A DNA stretch of 62,029 bases from Thermoproteota archaeon (GCA_029258835.1 JAPDJY010000019.1:1-62029), one strand, 5' to 3'. Positions 1 to 9,216 are shown, numbered from the stretch's first letter. Numbers and translations are program-made. Notes: a model not told the origin generated them from the sequence alone.

Positions 1-970
1 CCTCCCCCAACGGCAAGTATACGCCTCCTCCAACCTCCTTCAAGGGGTACATCTTCGCTGGGACCGTGGGCATGCCGACTGTCAGGTGGACTTCCACCCC
101 TCCACGTAGACTATACTTGAAAAGCCTGTTAACCTTGATGTTCGCCATGATCCTGCTGGTGGCCTTCAGCGTTCCGGGATCCCCAAGGTAGCAGCCCCTG
201 TAAATCCTTTCAGGCTCAACCCCCGTAACTGCAACGCCAACCCTGTCCCCAGCCTTAGCTTCCCCCCTATCCTCCCCAACGGACTGAATAGACCTAACCC
301 TAACCCTAACACCCAAAGGCATAACCTCAACTTCACCTCCAACCCTCACCCTCCCCCTGTGGACGGTCCCCGTCAAAACGGTTCCAGCCCCCCTAACGTG
401 GAAGGCGTGGTCAACAGGCATCATAAACGGCCCCTCAACGTCCCTCTCCGGGACCTCTAAGACCTCCAGCAGGCGGCGCTTAAGCTCGCCTAACCCCTCC
501 CCAGTAACAGCCGACACGGGAACTATCGGCGCCCCCTCAAGAACCGTACCCCTAAGAACCCTCCTAACAGCCTCCTCAGCCTCCCTCACCCTCCCCTCCC
601 CCACCAGGTCAGCCTTGGTCAAAGCAACCACAACCCTTGAAATGCCAAAGGTGTGGAGGATCAAGATGTGCTCCCCGGTCTGAACCTTAGGCCCCTCGTC
701 GGCGGCCACGACCAGGATCGCGGCGTCGATGATGTTAGCCCCCGCAACCACGCTCCTAACAAGGTCGGCGTGACCGGGAGCGTCGACGAGCGTCACCAGG
801 AACCCGTCAAGCCTGAAAAAGGTAAACCCCAAGTCGATCGTCATCCCCCTCTCCCTAGCCTGAGGATGCCTGTCAAGACCAGCCGTCGAAACATACTCGC
901 TCAGGGAGCGCGCCAGCTCGGTCTTACCATGATCAATATGCCCAAGCAGCCCAACATGAACAGGGATCAA
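1..970 (-). CDS. selB: Selenocysteine-specific translation elongation factor SelB (3' end runs off the window)
   Basis: Manual translation from TTG at 970 gives MIPVHVGLLGHIDHGKT...RGMTIDLGF...LVDAPGHADL...EGPKVQTGEH...TKAD...PVDHAFHVRGAGTVLTG...RSIQ...GDRVG, the archaeal SelB motif set. Absent from the ORF track because it has no stop in the window. Confidence 0.92.
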   Translation of the reverse strand, partial: MIPVHVGLLGHIDHGKTELARSLSEYVSTAGLDRHPQARERGMTIDLGFTFFRLDGFLVTLVDAPGHADLVRSVVAGANIIDAAILVVAADEGPKVQTGEHILILHTFGISRVVVALTKADLVGEGRVREAEEAVRRVLRGTVLEGAPIVPVSAVTGEGLGELKRRLLEVLEVPERDVEGPFMMPVDHAFHVRGAGTVLTGTVHRGRVRVGGEVEVMPLGVRVRVRSIQSVGEDRGEAKAGDRVGVAVTGVEPERIYRGCYLGDPGTLKATSRIMANIKVNRLFKYSLRGGVEVHLTVGMPTVPAKMYPLKEVGGGVYLPLGE

Positions 971-1101
971 GCAAACCCCCCTAAACCCAGCAAGAAGAAC
1001 AAAATAAAACATTTTCTAACCACTCGCACGCCGCAACAGTAAACGGAGGGGTCCTCCAAACGCCGGTAAAGCCGAGAAGGCCGGGCGAAGCAGCCCCCTT
1101 T

Positions 1102-1560
1102 TCACAGGTTCCTTTGCGCGTCCGCCAAGAACACCACGCCACGCGCCCTGAGCTCGCCAAGTACCTCCACCATTTCCTTTTCAGGCCTCGCGAAGACTGC
1201 CCCTGCGTTAAGTGCCTCCGCCGCCGCCACCACGTAGCAGTCTGTCAATGCAATTCTAAAACACTTACGTAGCTCACCAGCCTCAACATACACGTTTACC
1301 GGATCGTACAGCTTGAAGTTTCCGGAAATCCACAAAACGTAGTCCAAAGCCGCCTCGTTAAAGTTCTCAACGCCGGCAACCCTGTAAATTCTAGATGCCA
1401 CATACAGTGTTTCCGAAAGAACCTGTGGGACCACAAAAACCTCCACCTCCCCGCCTATCCCCCTGCTTAACAGCTCCTCGGCCTCCCCCCTCAAGGGGCC
1501 GTTCTCAACTATGTACTCAATGAAAACGCTCGTATCGACCACAAACCTCTCCTTACTCAC
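1102..1560 (-). CDS. vapC: PIN-domain toxin, VapC family
   Basis: FVVDTSVFI N-terminus, conserved E, LTDCYVVAAA motif; overlaps the upstream AbrB-type gene. Confidence 0.88.
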   Translation of the reverse strand: MSKERFVVDTSVFIEYIVENGPLRGEAEELLSRGIGGEVEVFVVPQVLSETLYVASRIYRVAGVENFNEAALDYVLWISGNFKLYDPVNVYVEAGELRKCFRIALTDCYVVAAAEALNAGAVFARPEKEMVEVLGELRARGVVFLADAQRNL

Positions 1561-1807
1561 ACCTAATCATCCCCTTAAACTTGGACTCCTCGAGGGCAAG
1601 CTCCTCCCCTAGCAGCTCCTCAACACGCCTAAGGTCAACCCTAACAACGAGAGGCTTCACAGGTCTCACGCTGAACTCTTCACCTTTCTTTTCCAAGACG
1701 AGCAGGTCACCTTCCCCTACACCCATCTCCTCCCGCAGCGCCTTCGGCAAAACCACAATACCTTTCCTTCCAACCTTCAACATATACATGGATTCCACCA
1801 AAATCAT
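1553..1807 (-). CDS. vapB: AbrB/MazE/SpoVT-family antitoxin
   Basis: KVGRKGIVVLPKALREEMGVGEGD AbrB signature; the true start may be 1788 or 1782. Confidence 0.88.
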   Translation of the reverse strand: MILVESMYMLKVGRKGIVVLPKALREEMGVGEGDLLVLEKKGEEFSVRPVKPLVVRVDLRRVEELLGEELALEESKFKGMIRCE

Positions 1808-1820
1808 ATAGTTAAACTAA

Positions 1821-1851
1821 TATTATAAGTTTAACTTTCTAAAAAAGTTAA
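1821..1851 (-). promoter_or_regulatory. vapBC promoter (TTATAATA) with adjacent inverted repeat TTAACTTT-N5-AAAGTTAA, a probable autoregulatory operator
   Basis: Inverted repeat at 1831-1851 next to a TATA-like box upstream of vapB. Confidence 0.5.
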
Positions 1852-2267
1852 CCTACATCAATTTTCAATTTTCCAAATACTTCTTTATTCACCACGCTCC
1901 ACCCTCTTCAAATCATACTGGGAATCCAGCCATAGACGGGCTTGAGCACCACACGAAAGAGGAAGAGTTAACAGGAAGGCATCCTCACGCTTCCAGGAAA
2001 TTAAAGATTTCAATCTGATATAGGGGTTGCCTGCAGGTTGTGTTCCTTTCATGTTTTTTGTGTTTTTTGACGGCTTTTCGCTGGTTATTTCGTCCTTAAA
2101 GAAAGGTTTGAAAAATCCGCAAAAGTCTTATTCCGAAATGTGGGAAAGAAGGCGGGTCGCCACGGCGAAGTCATTTCCCTCATCAGCCAGCAAGCCTCGT
2201 AAAAAACCGAGTAAGGAGTTGTATAATCGAAAAAGCGACCCCCTTTCTCTGGAGGGGGACGTTTTTG

Positions 2268-2864
2268 TCATGTTTTGAGCTGCTTCTTCCAGCTGAATAT
2301 CCTTTGCACTATTGTTTTTGCAGTTTGGGCGTCTAGGGGGCTGTCCTGCTCCTGTGCGAGGTGGTTGAGGGTTTCCGCCATCTGGAGGGTTACGGGGCGG
2401 AATTGGAGTGTGAGGATTACTCTTTCTCTTGCGTCTGCTATTAGCTGGTATATTTGGCGTTTGGGGGCTTGGGTGAGGAGGAGCGCTACCGCCCGGTCTA
2501 ATTCCTCCATTATTGTTGTGAGGTGGCTTGGTTGGGGGGCTCCGGTTTGGCTTATTTTTTCGGCTATTTCTTGGGCTTTCCGCTGGGCTTGGCTGGGGTT
2601 TTCAGCCCAGACGTCGACCTTGACCCCTGAGTCCGAGAGGCTGACCCTGTAAAGGGTTTTTCCTCCGTGGTCGAAGGAGAGGACTTCCGCTTCGCTGGAC
2701 ATGGAGAGCGGTTTCTCCGTTAAGAGAGCGCAGGCTGACCCTTGGGAGATAACGTAGTAAACCGACTGGAGAGGGCTGGGGTGGTCTAGTTTTATCGTGG
2801 TTGAGGCATGAGGAGGCTCTGACCTAAGCCTCGACGGCGACCTCAACGGAGACACCTTTACCAC
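2268..2864 (-). CDS. Hypothetical protein (alpha/beta N-terminal domain plus helical C-terminal domain)
   Basis: 198-aa ORF with AT-rich promoter upstream and plausible composition; no recognised motif. Confidence 0.6.
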   Translation of the reverse strand: MVKVSPLRSPSRLRSEPPHASTTIKLDHPSPLQSVYYVISQGSACALLTEKPLSMSSEAEVLSFDHGGKTLYRVSLSDSGVKVDVWAENPSQAQRKAQEIAEKISQTGAPQPSHLTTIMEELDRAVALLLTQAPKRQIYQLIADARERVILTLQFRPVTLQMAETLNHLAQEQDSPLDAQTAKTIVQRIFSWKKQLKT

Positions 2865-2947
2865 CTACTAAATTAAATAAATAAAGAATACCCATTTTCT
2901 TTAATCGTTTTGCCTTGCGAAACAGTTAAATATTTGGTGAGTGTTTG

Positions 2948-3083
2948 TGGGTGTTGGCTTGGCCACAGGGTGGCCTATGAGGCGGAACATTCGGACGTGG
3001 GGCTCCGGGATCCCCCGAAAGCCCCATCAGAGGCGCATGCCTCGATGACGGGGAAACGCCTGACAGACCAGCCCACACTACCC
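2948..3083 (+). ncRNA. Candidate structured non-coding RNA of unknown class
   Basis: TTAAATA box at about 2925. GC-rich hairpins GGCCAC/GTGGCC (2961-2975), TGGGGCT..AGCCCCA (2998-3026) and GAGGC/GCCTC (3030-3043). ATGA, GATGA and CTGA box-like motifs; partly complementary ends. Confidence 0.4.
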
Positions 3084-3537
3084 ATAAAAACCTATCAAGC
3101 GTGAACCCCAAACAAGAGCTCAAGGAGGTATGCCTGCAAACGCGGTAATGGGCTTATTCCAGCTGCTCACGGGAAACCTCCCACCTGTAGGGTTGCTAAC
3201 CTCCTCGATGGACGCTATGGGTAGAATCCTGATGTCTCAGTCCCTCATCCTCAGCACAACCTCAGTAGACGGAACCATGACCGTGACGCAGAACGGAGTT
3301 GTGACATCAGGCTCATCCGAAATATCAGGCTCACTCCTCACGCCCAGCGCGCCATCAATGGAGCAGAACGCGATAATCTCCCCATTACAGTCCTCAGTCA
3401 TGACATCAGCCGCATTAATACCACTACCATCAATAACCCTTCCATTCACACTCCCACCGCCAAGGAAGCCCAGAACTTAAGTTCTGGGAGGAATTGGCGG
3501 AGGATATTTTATATTTTCAACTGTTACTTTAATACGG

Positions 3538-4765
3538 GTGCTGAGAGTGGAAAGGGTGGTTGTCAAAGCCTTGAAGCTCAATTTGCTTTCTTTATCAAGA
3601 AGGAAGGAGCGGTTGTTATCTGAGCTATTCAACTCTGTTATTTCCTGCTGTAATGACGTTCTCTCCATTGCTAAATCCAAACCTCCTAAAAACTTCGCCA
3701 TCCTACATAACACCTCCTATCCAAAATGATGTTTGATGCTTTTAACACTCTTACTTGTCTTATTAAGCTCTCGTAGCTCTTTTATAATACTAATGATTCT
3801 ATTAAAATCGTCCCTACTTATAACTCGATGTTTCTGGCGGATTACAATAAAGTCCCTCATAAGCTCTAATTGTCTCTTTTTAAGACAAACATAGGGTAAT
3901 ATTTGTTCAATAAACTTCATTATGTCTTTTTGCGAGGTAATCATATATCTAACAGTATTATTCTTAGTTTTCTTTAGCCAACCAAAGCCAAAAATAATTT
4001 TTAATTAATTCTAAAATCTTTGTATGTTTATGATTTTGATCAATGACTATACTAGGATTAAATTGGTAACCAAATTTCCTCTCCTTAGATTTAGTTACAC
4101 TAATGCATACACTTCCCTCTCCATCAAAAAACCCTGCTATCCATCGAATGTCTAACCTCATAGTAAGGCTTATTTGCCTTGGAATATAAAAGCCTTGCGG
4201 AAACTCAAAGGCAAGGAGAGAAGCTTCGTGAACACGAGGATATGGCAAGTTAGCCATGAAATCGTTGAGGTGGCTTTGAGATACAATGCTGTAATTGCAA
4301 TCGAGAAACTCAAACACTTGAGGAAGCATAATGGCAAAGGAAAGAAGCCTAAGAGGGCTAACAGAAAAATACATAGAACCCCGTTTGCAAAGTTCAGGGT
4401 TCATTCAATCCGTGGCATGGCAGCATGGCATTGAGGTCATCGAAGTACCAGCAGCAGGAACATCGCAGAAATGTCCTAGGTGCGGCTACACTTCGAAGAA
4501 AAACTGGGTGTTCTTCAACGGCAAGAGAAAGCTGTTCAAATGTAGATGTGGCTATGAAGCCAACGTAGATAGGACAGCCTCCCGTAACATTGCAACTCTG
4601 GCTCTGGAGCGGGGCTTTGTGGCTGCTTCTGCCACTCTCAGCACCCAGCCCCAGACTTCCAGAGCTGGCGGGGACGTCAGCCCCCGCGTCTGGCTTGATG
4701 AGGAGGTTAGATGGCATCGCTATCCCTCCAAGAGCAAGCTCCCGTCTTTAGACGGGAGAAGCTGA
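3538..4765 (+). pseudogene. tnpB: TnpB (RNA-guided nuclease family) pseudogene, central part replaced and frameshifted near 4398
   Basis: N-terminal VKALKLNL segment. C-terminal VIAIEKL (RuvC-II), TSQKCPRCG...FKCRCGYEANVDRTASRNIA (Zn finger plus RuvC-III). RuvC-I is missing. Confidence 0.88.
3717..4161 (-). pseudogene. Single-motif LAGLIDADG homing endonuclease with a 1-nt frameshift
   Basis: MRLDIRWIAGFFDGEGSVCI motif. Removing one T from the T5 run near 3991-3995 gives IKNYFGFG...VRYMITSQKDIMKFIEQILPY...KKRQLEL, about 147 aa. Confidence 0.88.
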
Positions 4766-5892
4766 CACTCTTCGCCCTCTCAACCATGGGATTAATCGGA
4801 CTGGTGGTTGCAAGGCTCATCGCAGCGCCAGTTGCATAGCATAGGAGTTGCATAGCATCAGGGAAAGCGGTGAAGAAAGCCTACCTGAAGGCGCTCGGGC
4901 CGGAGACAAGGGCACACGTAGCATACATAAGAGCTAGGAACCGCCTGGCAAAAGTGAGGAATCGAATAGCACCCGTGCGGAGCGAGTTGCACGACGCGCC
5001 GCCTCATCCACAAGAAGAATCATTTAAAGGTTACAGTGTTGCGTTCCAGAACGGGGTTGCACGCCGCGTCGCTTCGGCGTCCGCCAAGGGCAAGCCTTCC
5101 CGTCGCCTCCACCCCGTTTCGAGGAGAGTGTAAAGCATGGCGACCCGCACAAGAACGTTCGCCTCGAAGGTTGACAGTAGCAGGGTAAGATGGCTGCAAG
5201 GAATGCTGGCATAAGAGCTAAGTCGGGGCTTACAAGGCTGTATGGAACCTCTCAGAGGGCAGGTACTGCTACCTTTAAGGCAGCCGGGATAGAGTTGTTC
5301 TTATCCGATAAAGCGAAGGACATCAACAGAAACGCGTCGCTGAAAATGAGAGCATGGCTTGACAGGGTTAAATCTGGAAGAAGGGTGGGGAGGTATGCGC
5401 AGCCATCAGCAGGATCCGGAGCTAGGAGAAGGCTTAGGCTCCCACGAAAGTCACGTGGAAGATCCGCGTAATCACCTCCCATCCACTTTTTGAAAAATAA
5501 TTTTTATTTCCTCTTCCAAAATGTTATTTCCTCAAAATTACCTAATTAAAACTGTATTTTTTTCAAACCCCCCCTCTTTCTAGAATCGATAAACAAAAAT
5601 GATGTTTCTTCATTAAAATGCTTTTGTCATTAAATCCATTCAAGAGGGAAATTTGACCATTCAATAAAAAATTTCTTCGTTTTCTAGGTCTTTTTTTGGA
5701 GAAAAAACAATGATAAACACCCTTTATCATTAAAAATTGGCATAGAAGGACGAAAATCGCAATCGAAAACTTTAAAACATTTATTTTTATTAAAAATGTC
5801 AAAAGACACTGCAATTAACGAGAAAAATTAAACATGAGGAGGAGAGAAGCGGAGGGGAGAAAATAGAATCAAGCAGGAGATTTCCTAGGAAA

Positions 5893-8800
5893 GTGGCCCT
5901 CATGGTTGCCTTGCTAGTGGCATCCCTACTGTTTACAACGGTTATAGCGGTAGCCCCAGCATCCTTCGTAGCAGCATCGCAGTCACCGCAACCACAGCAA
6001 CAGCCAACGTCAGCCTTGTCTGACCCGTCAGGGGAGACAAGCATAGCCGGAAGCCTCATCGTACACAGTCCTATAAACATAACAGGGCAAAGCACCATCA
6101 AAGGAAATGTGAACATCACGTCGGATGCGGGAACCCACGTGAAGATGGGACCAGGAGTAACCATAAGAGGAGTCAACGGCCAGCCAGCAGTCCAAGACAT
6201 ATACGCTGAGAGTTTCACCCAAGCAGAACCAGTAAGCCCTAACGGGTTTGCAAGCACCATCCTCACCGGCGACGAAGAACACCCGGCAGTCTTCCAAGCA
6301 AATGGAAACATAACCATAGGGGCAGTATACGATGAAAACGGAGAACTCGTGAGAGGATGTCTAAGCCAGCAGGTGGGCAACATGTACATGAAAATAAACT
6401 CTTCAGCCAGCAACGCAGGCGGCTACATAGGTGACCCGTTAAACAGCAGCAGACTTATCAAGTCGGATATTAGAACTGCTATAAAAGTGACAAATGGGAC
6501 GCTGACTATTTACACTCAAGAGTACAGCAAGGCATTCGAACTGATCGGTGCTGAAATAGGAGCTACAGCCGACGTAGTAATCACCATTAATAGCACGCAC
6601 ATAGTATTCAACATTGACGTGCCAGTATGGGGGGCAAGTGTGGAGTATGATCCCTCTCAAGAAGTTTCTCTCGAGGAATACGGCGGCATCGCCAATTTCA
6701 GCATGCTTGCCGAGAACGGCGAGCTCCCATCGGTTACCATTAAGCTCAACATCCTTGGGACTTCAATTACGCTGAGCACCGTAGATTTAAACGAGCTTAT
6801 TCTTTCGAAGAACATGTCGAACTACTATATGGATATAATTTATATAGAGTGGGGGTCTGGTACCGTCTGGGAGACTTGGACTGGTTCAGGAATTAACCCT
6901 ATGGTTCTATCTGATGGAAGCGTGGTGCTCCTTAATAACAGCGACGAGTTTATGCTTAAGTCCAACTCGAGTGTCATGATGACTTTCTCTGGTGGCTCAG
7001 CTGGTGTTCCGGTTGGGCTTAAGATTAATGGTTCTAGTAGCGCTGATAGCCCCTTAGTTCACATTGAGACCTTAAGCCTCTTTGTTAATTCTTGGGGTAG
7101 CGATAGTTACATTTGGATTCGTGGGGCGAAACGTGTATTCATAAGCAACGCTGAGATCTCTGCTGACTGTCAGGAGGTGGGTGAGGGTGCCCTCCTCAGC
7201 GTGGAGGGCTCTCAGCTTATCCCCCTGCCGACCATCGTAGTTATTAATGGTCTAATGCTTACCGGCTCTCTCATGCTTAGCAGGGATTACGGAGCCGTTA
7301 AGTCGACCTTCATAGTGAATGGATCGATCAGCATGCCATCGGGCCAGTCCTACATCTCAGCTGACTTGGTTAACTTAAGCGGTGACTCGGTGATTAGCGG
7401 TGAGGTTTTTATTGATGGTAGGCTGGTGATGGTGGGCTCCCTCACATCGACCGGTGACTCCGACATTAACGGGGTGAGCATACTGAGGAACGCCACTATG
7501 GAGGCTGTTGGGAGGGTTGAGCTGGAGGGGTCGCAGAATATTGACGGCTCTCTGAACATGTCTTCGGGTGGAATGCTCATTAACGCTTCCGGAACCTTCG
7601 TGACGGGTGACACGGTGATCTCGGGTAGCTTAGAAGTCAGCGGCGTTCTCACGATTACCGGCGACCTGTCGATGGAGGGAGACATCGAGATTGGTGTTTC
7701 ACCGTTCACGTCGATGAACGTTAAAGGATCCATAACTCTGTCCTCCGGATACATCTCCATCTCGGATGACGGAGTCAGTATGGCTGGCGAGTCAAACGTG
7801 ATAAGCGGCTTGGTCAATATCAGCGGCAAGAACGTGATTGACGGCTCCCTCACATCGACCGGTGACTCCGACATTAACGGGGTGAGCATACTGAGGAACG
7901 TCACCATGAGCGCTAAGGGAACGGTGGAAGTTGAGGGCTCCCAGCTCATCAAGGGATCCCTTTCCATGAGCTCCAGCGCCACCGACATAAACGCTTCAGG
8001 GATATTCGTATCGGGAGACGTCGGCATTGATGGAAGCCTGACTGTTAACGGCTCCCTCACTATTAAAGGAGACGTGACTATGGAGGGCGGCGTAATCGAA
8101 ATGCGTGGCTCGTCGATCATAACGGGCAACGTTGAAGTGTCTGGGGGCGTGAACACGAACAACCTGATGTCTGGAACCGTCCAGCTCAGGGCAGACCGCA
8201 TGGTGACGGACGGAGTAACAATCATACGTGACGGGAAAGTCGAGGTGGTGGACGGAGTCCTGAAGGTTACAGATGAGGGAACAGAGATATCATGTAGTGT
8301 TAAGATATTGGGGGACATTAGCTCGACTGGGGTCCTCACCCTGAGCAACTCCGAGATAAACGGCGTCACCTTCATAATGGCTCCAACCCTAACCCTCGGC
8401 AGCGCGCTCGTCAGTGGGCTGATGCAGATCCTCCTAAACCCGTCTCTCCTAACGTCCATGCTGACGAACCCATTGCTGACCCTCGGGCAGGTGATGATGG
8501 CTCAGTCACTAATCTACGGGTCAGTAAGGGTGGACGGTGACATGATCATCACTCAGAACGGCGTCATCATATCAGGTTCAACCCAGATAACAGGGATGCT
8601 AAACACCTTCAATGCCCCCTCAATGAACTTAGGCTCAATAGTATCCCTTTCATCGTCCTCGGCTGTGACCTCTACAGGCCTGCTACCCTTGCCATCGCTC
8701 TCGATAGCCATCACCACGCCACTAATAGCCACGCTAGCCTTGGTTGGACTAGTCGTTGCAAGGGTGATAGTTCCACCCGTAGCCATCGCAGCTGGGAGAG

Positions 8801-9135
8801 GAGCCAGAAGAATCCAGAAGAGGTACTTTGCACCGGAAACCCGCGCCTACATGGTTTACTACAGGAGCAGGACGTACCTCTCCAAGGCTAGAAGACGGCT
8901 GTCCTTAACCGTTAGGGCAAAAACGCGTGCTGCGGCATCAAGGGTCGGCGAGGGATTCTACAGGGTCTGGAGCATCCCAGCCAATAAGATGGCCAGCATA
9001 GAGCTCTTCCTAGCACGCCAGAGGATGAAGATCATAAGGGCGCTTCCAATCAGGGTTAAGGCATGGCTCGACAGGGTCGGGTCAACTTCTAGGAGGCGCT
9101 TCCGGGTTCCACGCATCAGAGTCCGGAGAGGCTGA
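5893..9135 (+). CDS. Large membrane-anchored surface protein with beta-solenoid-like (G-x-hydrophobic) repeats and an Arg-rich cytoplasmic tail
   Basis: N-terminal hydrophobic signal, Gly/Ser/Ile/Val-rich repeats (GSLTVNGSLTIKGDVTMEG), many N-x-S/T sequons, C-terminal TM helix followed by a very basic tail. Confidence 0.8.
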   Translation: MALMVALLVASLLFTTVIAVAPASFVAASQSPQPQQQPTSALSDPSGETSIAGSLIVHSPINITGQSTIKGNVNITSDAGTHVKMGPGVTIRGVNGQPAVQDIYAESFTQAEPVSPNGFASTILTGDEEHPAVFQANGNITIGAVYDENGELVRGCLSQQVGNMYMKINSSASNAGGYIGDPLNSSRLIKSDIRTAIKVTNGTLTIYTQEYSKAFELIGAEIGATADVVITINSTHIVFNIDVPVWGASVEYDPSQEVSLEEYGGIANFSMLAENGELPSVTIKLNILGTSITLSTVDLNELILSKNMSNYYMDIIYIEWGSGTVWETWTGSGINPMVLSDGSVVLLNNSDEFMLKSNSSVMMTFSGGSAGVPVGLKINGSSSADSPLVHIETLSLFVNSWGSDSYIWIRGAKRVFISNAEISADCQEVGEGALLSVEGSQLIPLPTIVVINGLMLTGSLMLSRDYGAVKSTFIVNGSISMPSGQSYISADLVNLSGDSVISGEVFIDGRLVMVGSLTSTGDSDINGVSILRNATMEAVGRVELEGSQNIDGSLNMSSGGMLINASGTFVTGDTVISGSLEVSGVLTITGDLSMEGDIEIGVSPFTSMNVKGSITLSSGYISISDDGVSMAGESNVISGLVNISGKNVIDGSLTSTGDSDINGVSILRNVTMSAKGTVEVEGSQLIKGSLSMSSSATDINASGIFVSGDVGIDGSLTVNGSLTIKGDVTMEGGVIEMRGSSIITGNVEVSGGVNTNNLMSGTVQLRADRMVTDGVTIIRDGKVEVVDGVLKVTDEGTEISCSVKILGDISSTGVLTLSNSEINGVTFIMAPTLTLGSALVSGLMQILLNPSLLTSMLTNPLLTLGQVMMAQSLIYGSVRVDGDMIITQNGVIISGSTQITGMLNTFNAPSMNLGSIVSLSSSSAVTSTGLLPLPSLSIAITTPLIATLALVGLVVARVIVPPVAIAAGRGARRIQKRYFAPETRAYMVYYRSRTYLSKARRRLSLTVRAKTRAAASRVGEGFYRVWSIPANKMASIELFLARQRMKIIRALPIRVKAWLDRVGSTSRRRFRVPRIRVRRG
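7435..7900 (+). repeat. Perfect 58-bp direct repeat (7435-7492 and 7843-7900) inside a diverged 408-bp (136-aa) internal duplication
   Basis: ggctccctcacatcgaccggtgactccgacattaacggggtgagcatactgaggaacg occurs twice. Confidence 0.95.
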
Positions 9136-9216
9136 GCAACGCAGGGAGCACCAAGAGGTGAAAAACTAAACAAACACCCACTTTTTTGGGCTTTCTATCT
9201 ATCCTTTGTTTAGCTG

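Larger units (their letters stand above)
3456..4766 (+). mobile_element. IS200/IS605-family element (tnpB-only, non-autonomous, defective)
   Basis: Left-end palindrome CCCAGAACTTAAGTTCTGGG flanked by CCGCCAA/TTGGCGG. Right-end hairpin CTCCCGTC-TTTA-GACGGGAG followed by terminal TGAC. No target-site duplication; removing it restores the host frame (L-P-L-F-A). Confidence 0.85.
3130..5471 (+). pseudogene. Disrupted paralogue of the C-terminal part of the 1080-aa surface protein at 5893-9135
   Basis: Fragments SQSLILSTTSVDGTMTVTQNGVVTSGS, PLPSI, GLVVARLI, GPETRAHVAY and IELFL...RAWLDRV match the 1080-aa protein. Interrupted by the IS at 3456-4766 and by stops/frameshifts. Confidence 0.85.

Noticed and set aside
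653-1042. 129-aa plus-strand ORF
   Set aside because: Antisense shadow of selB.
7350-8459. 369-aa minus-strand ORF and other long antisense ORFs across the window
   Set aside because: Shadows of well-supported genes on the opposite strand, caused by codon bias.
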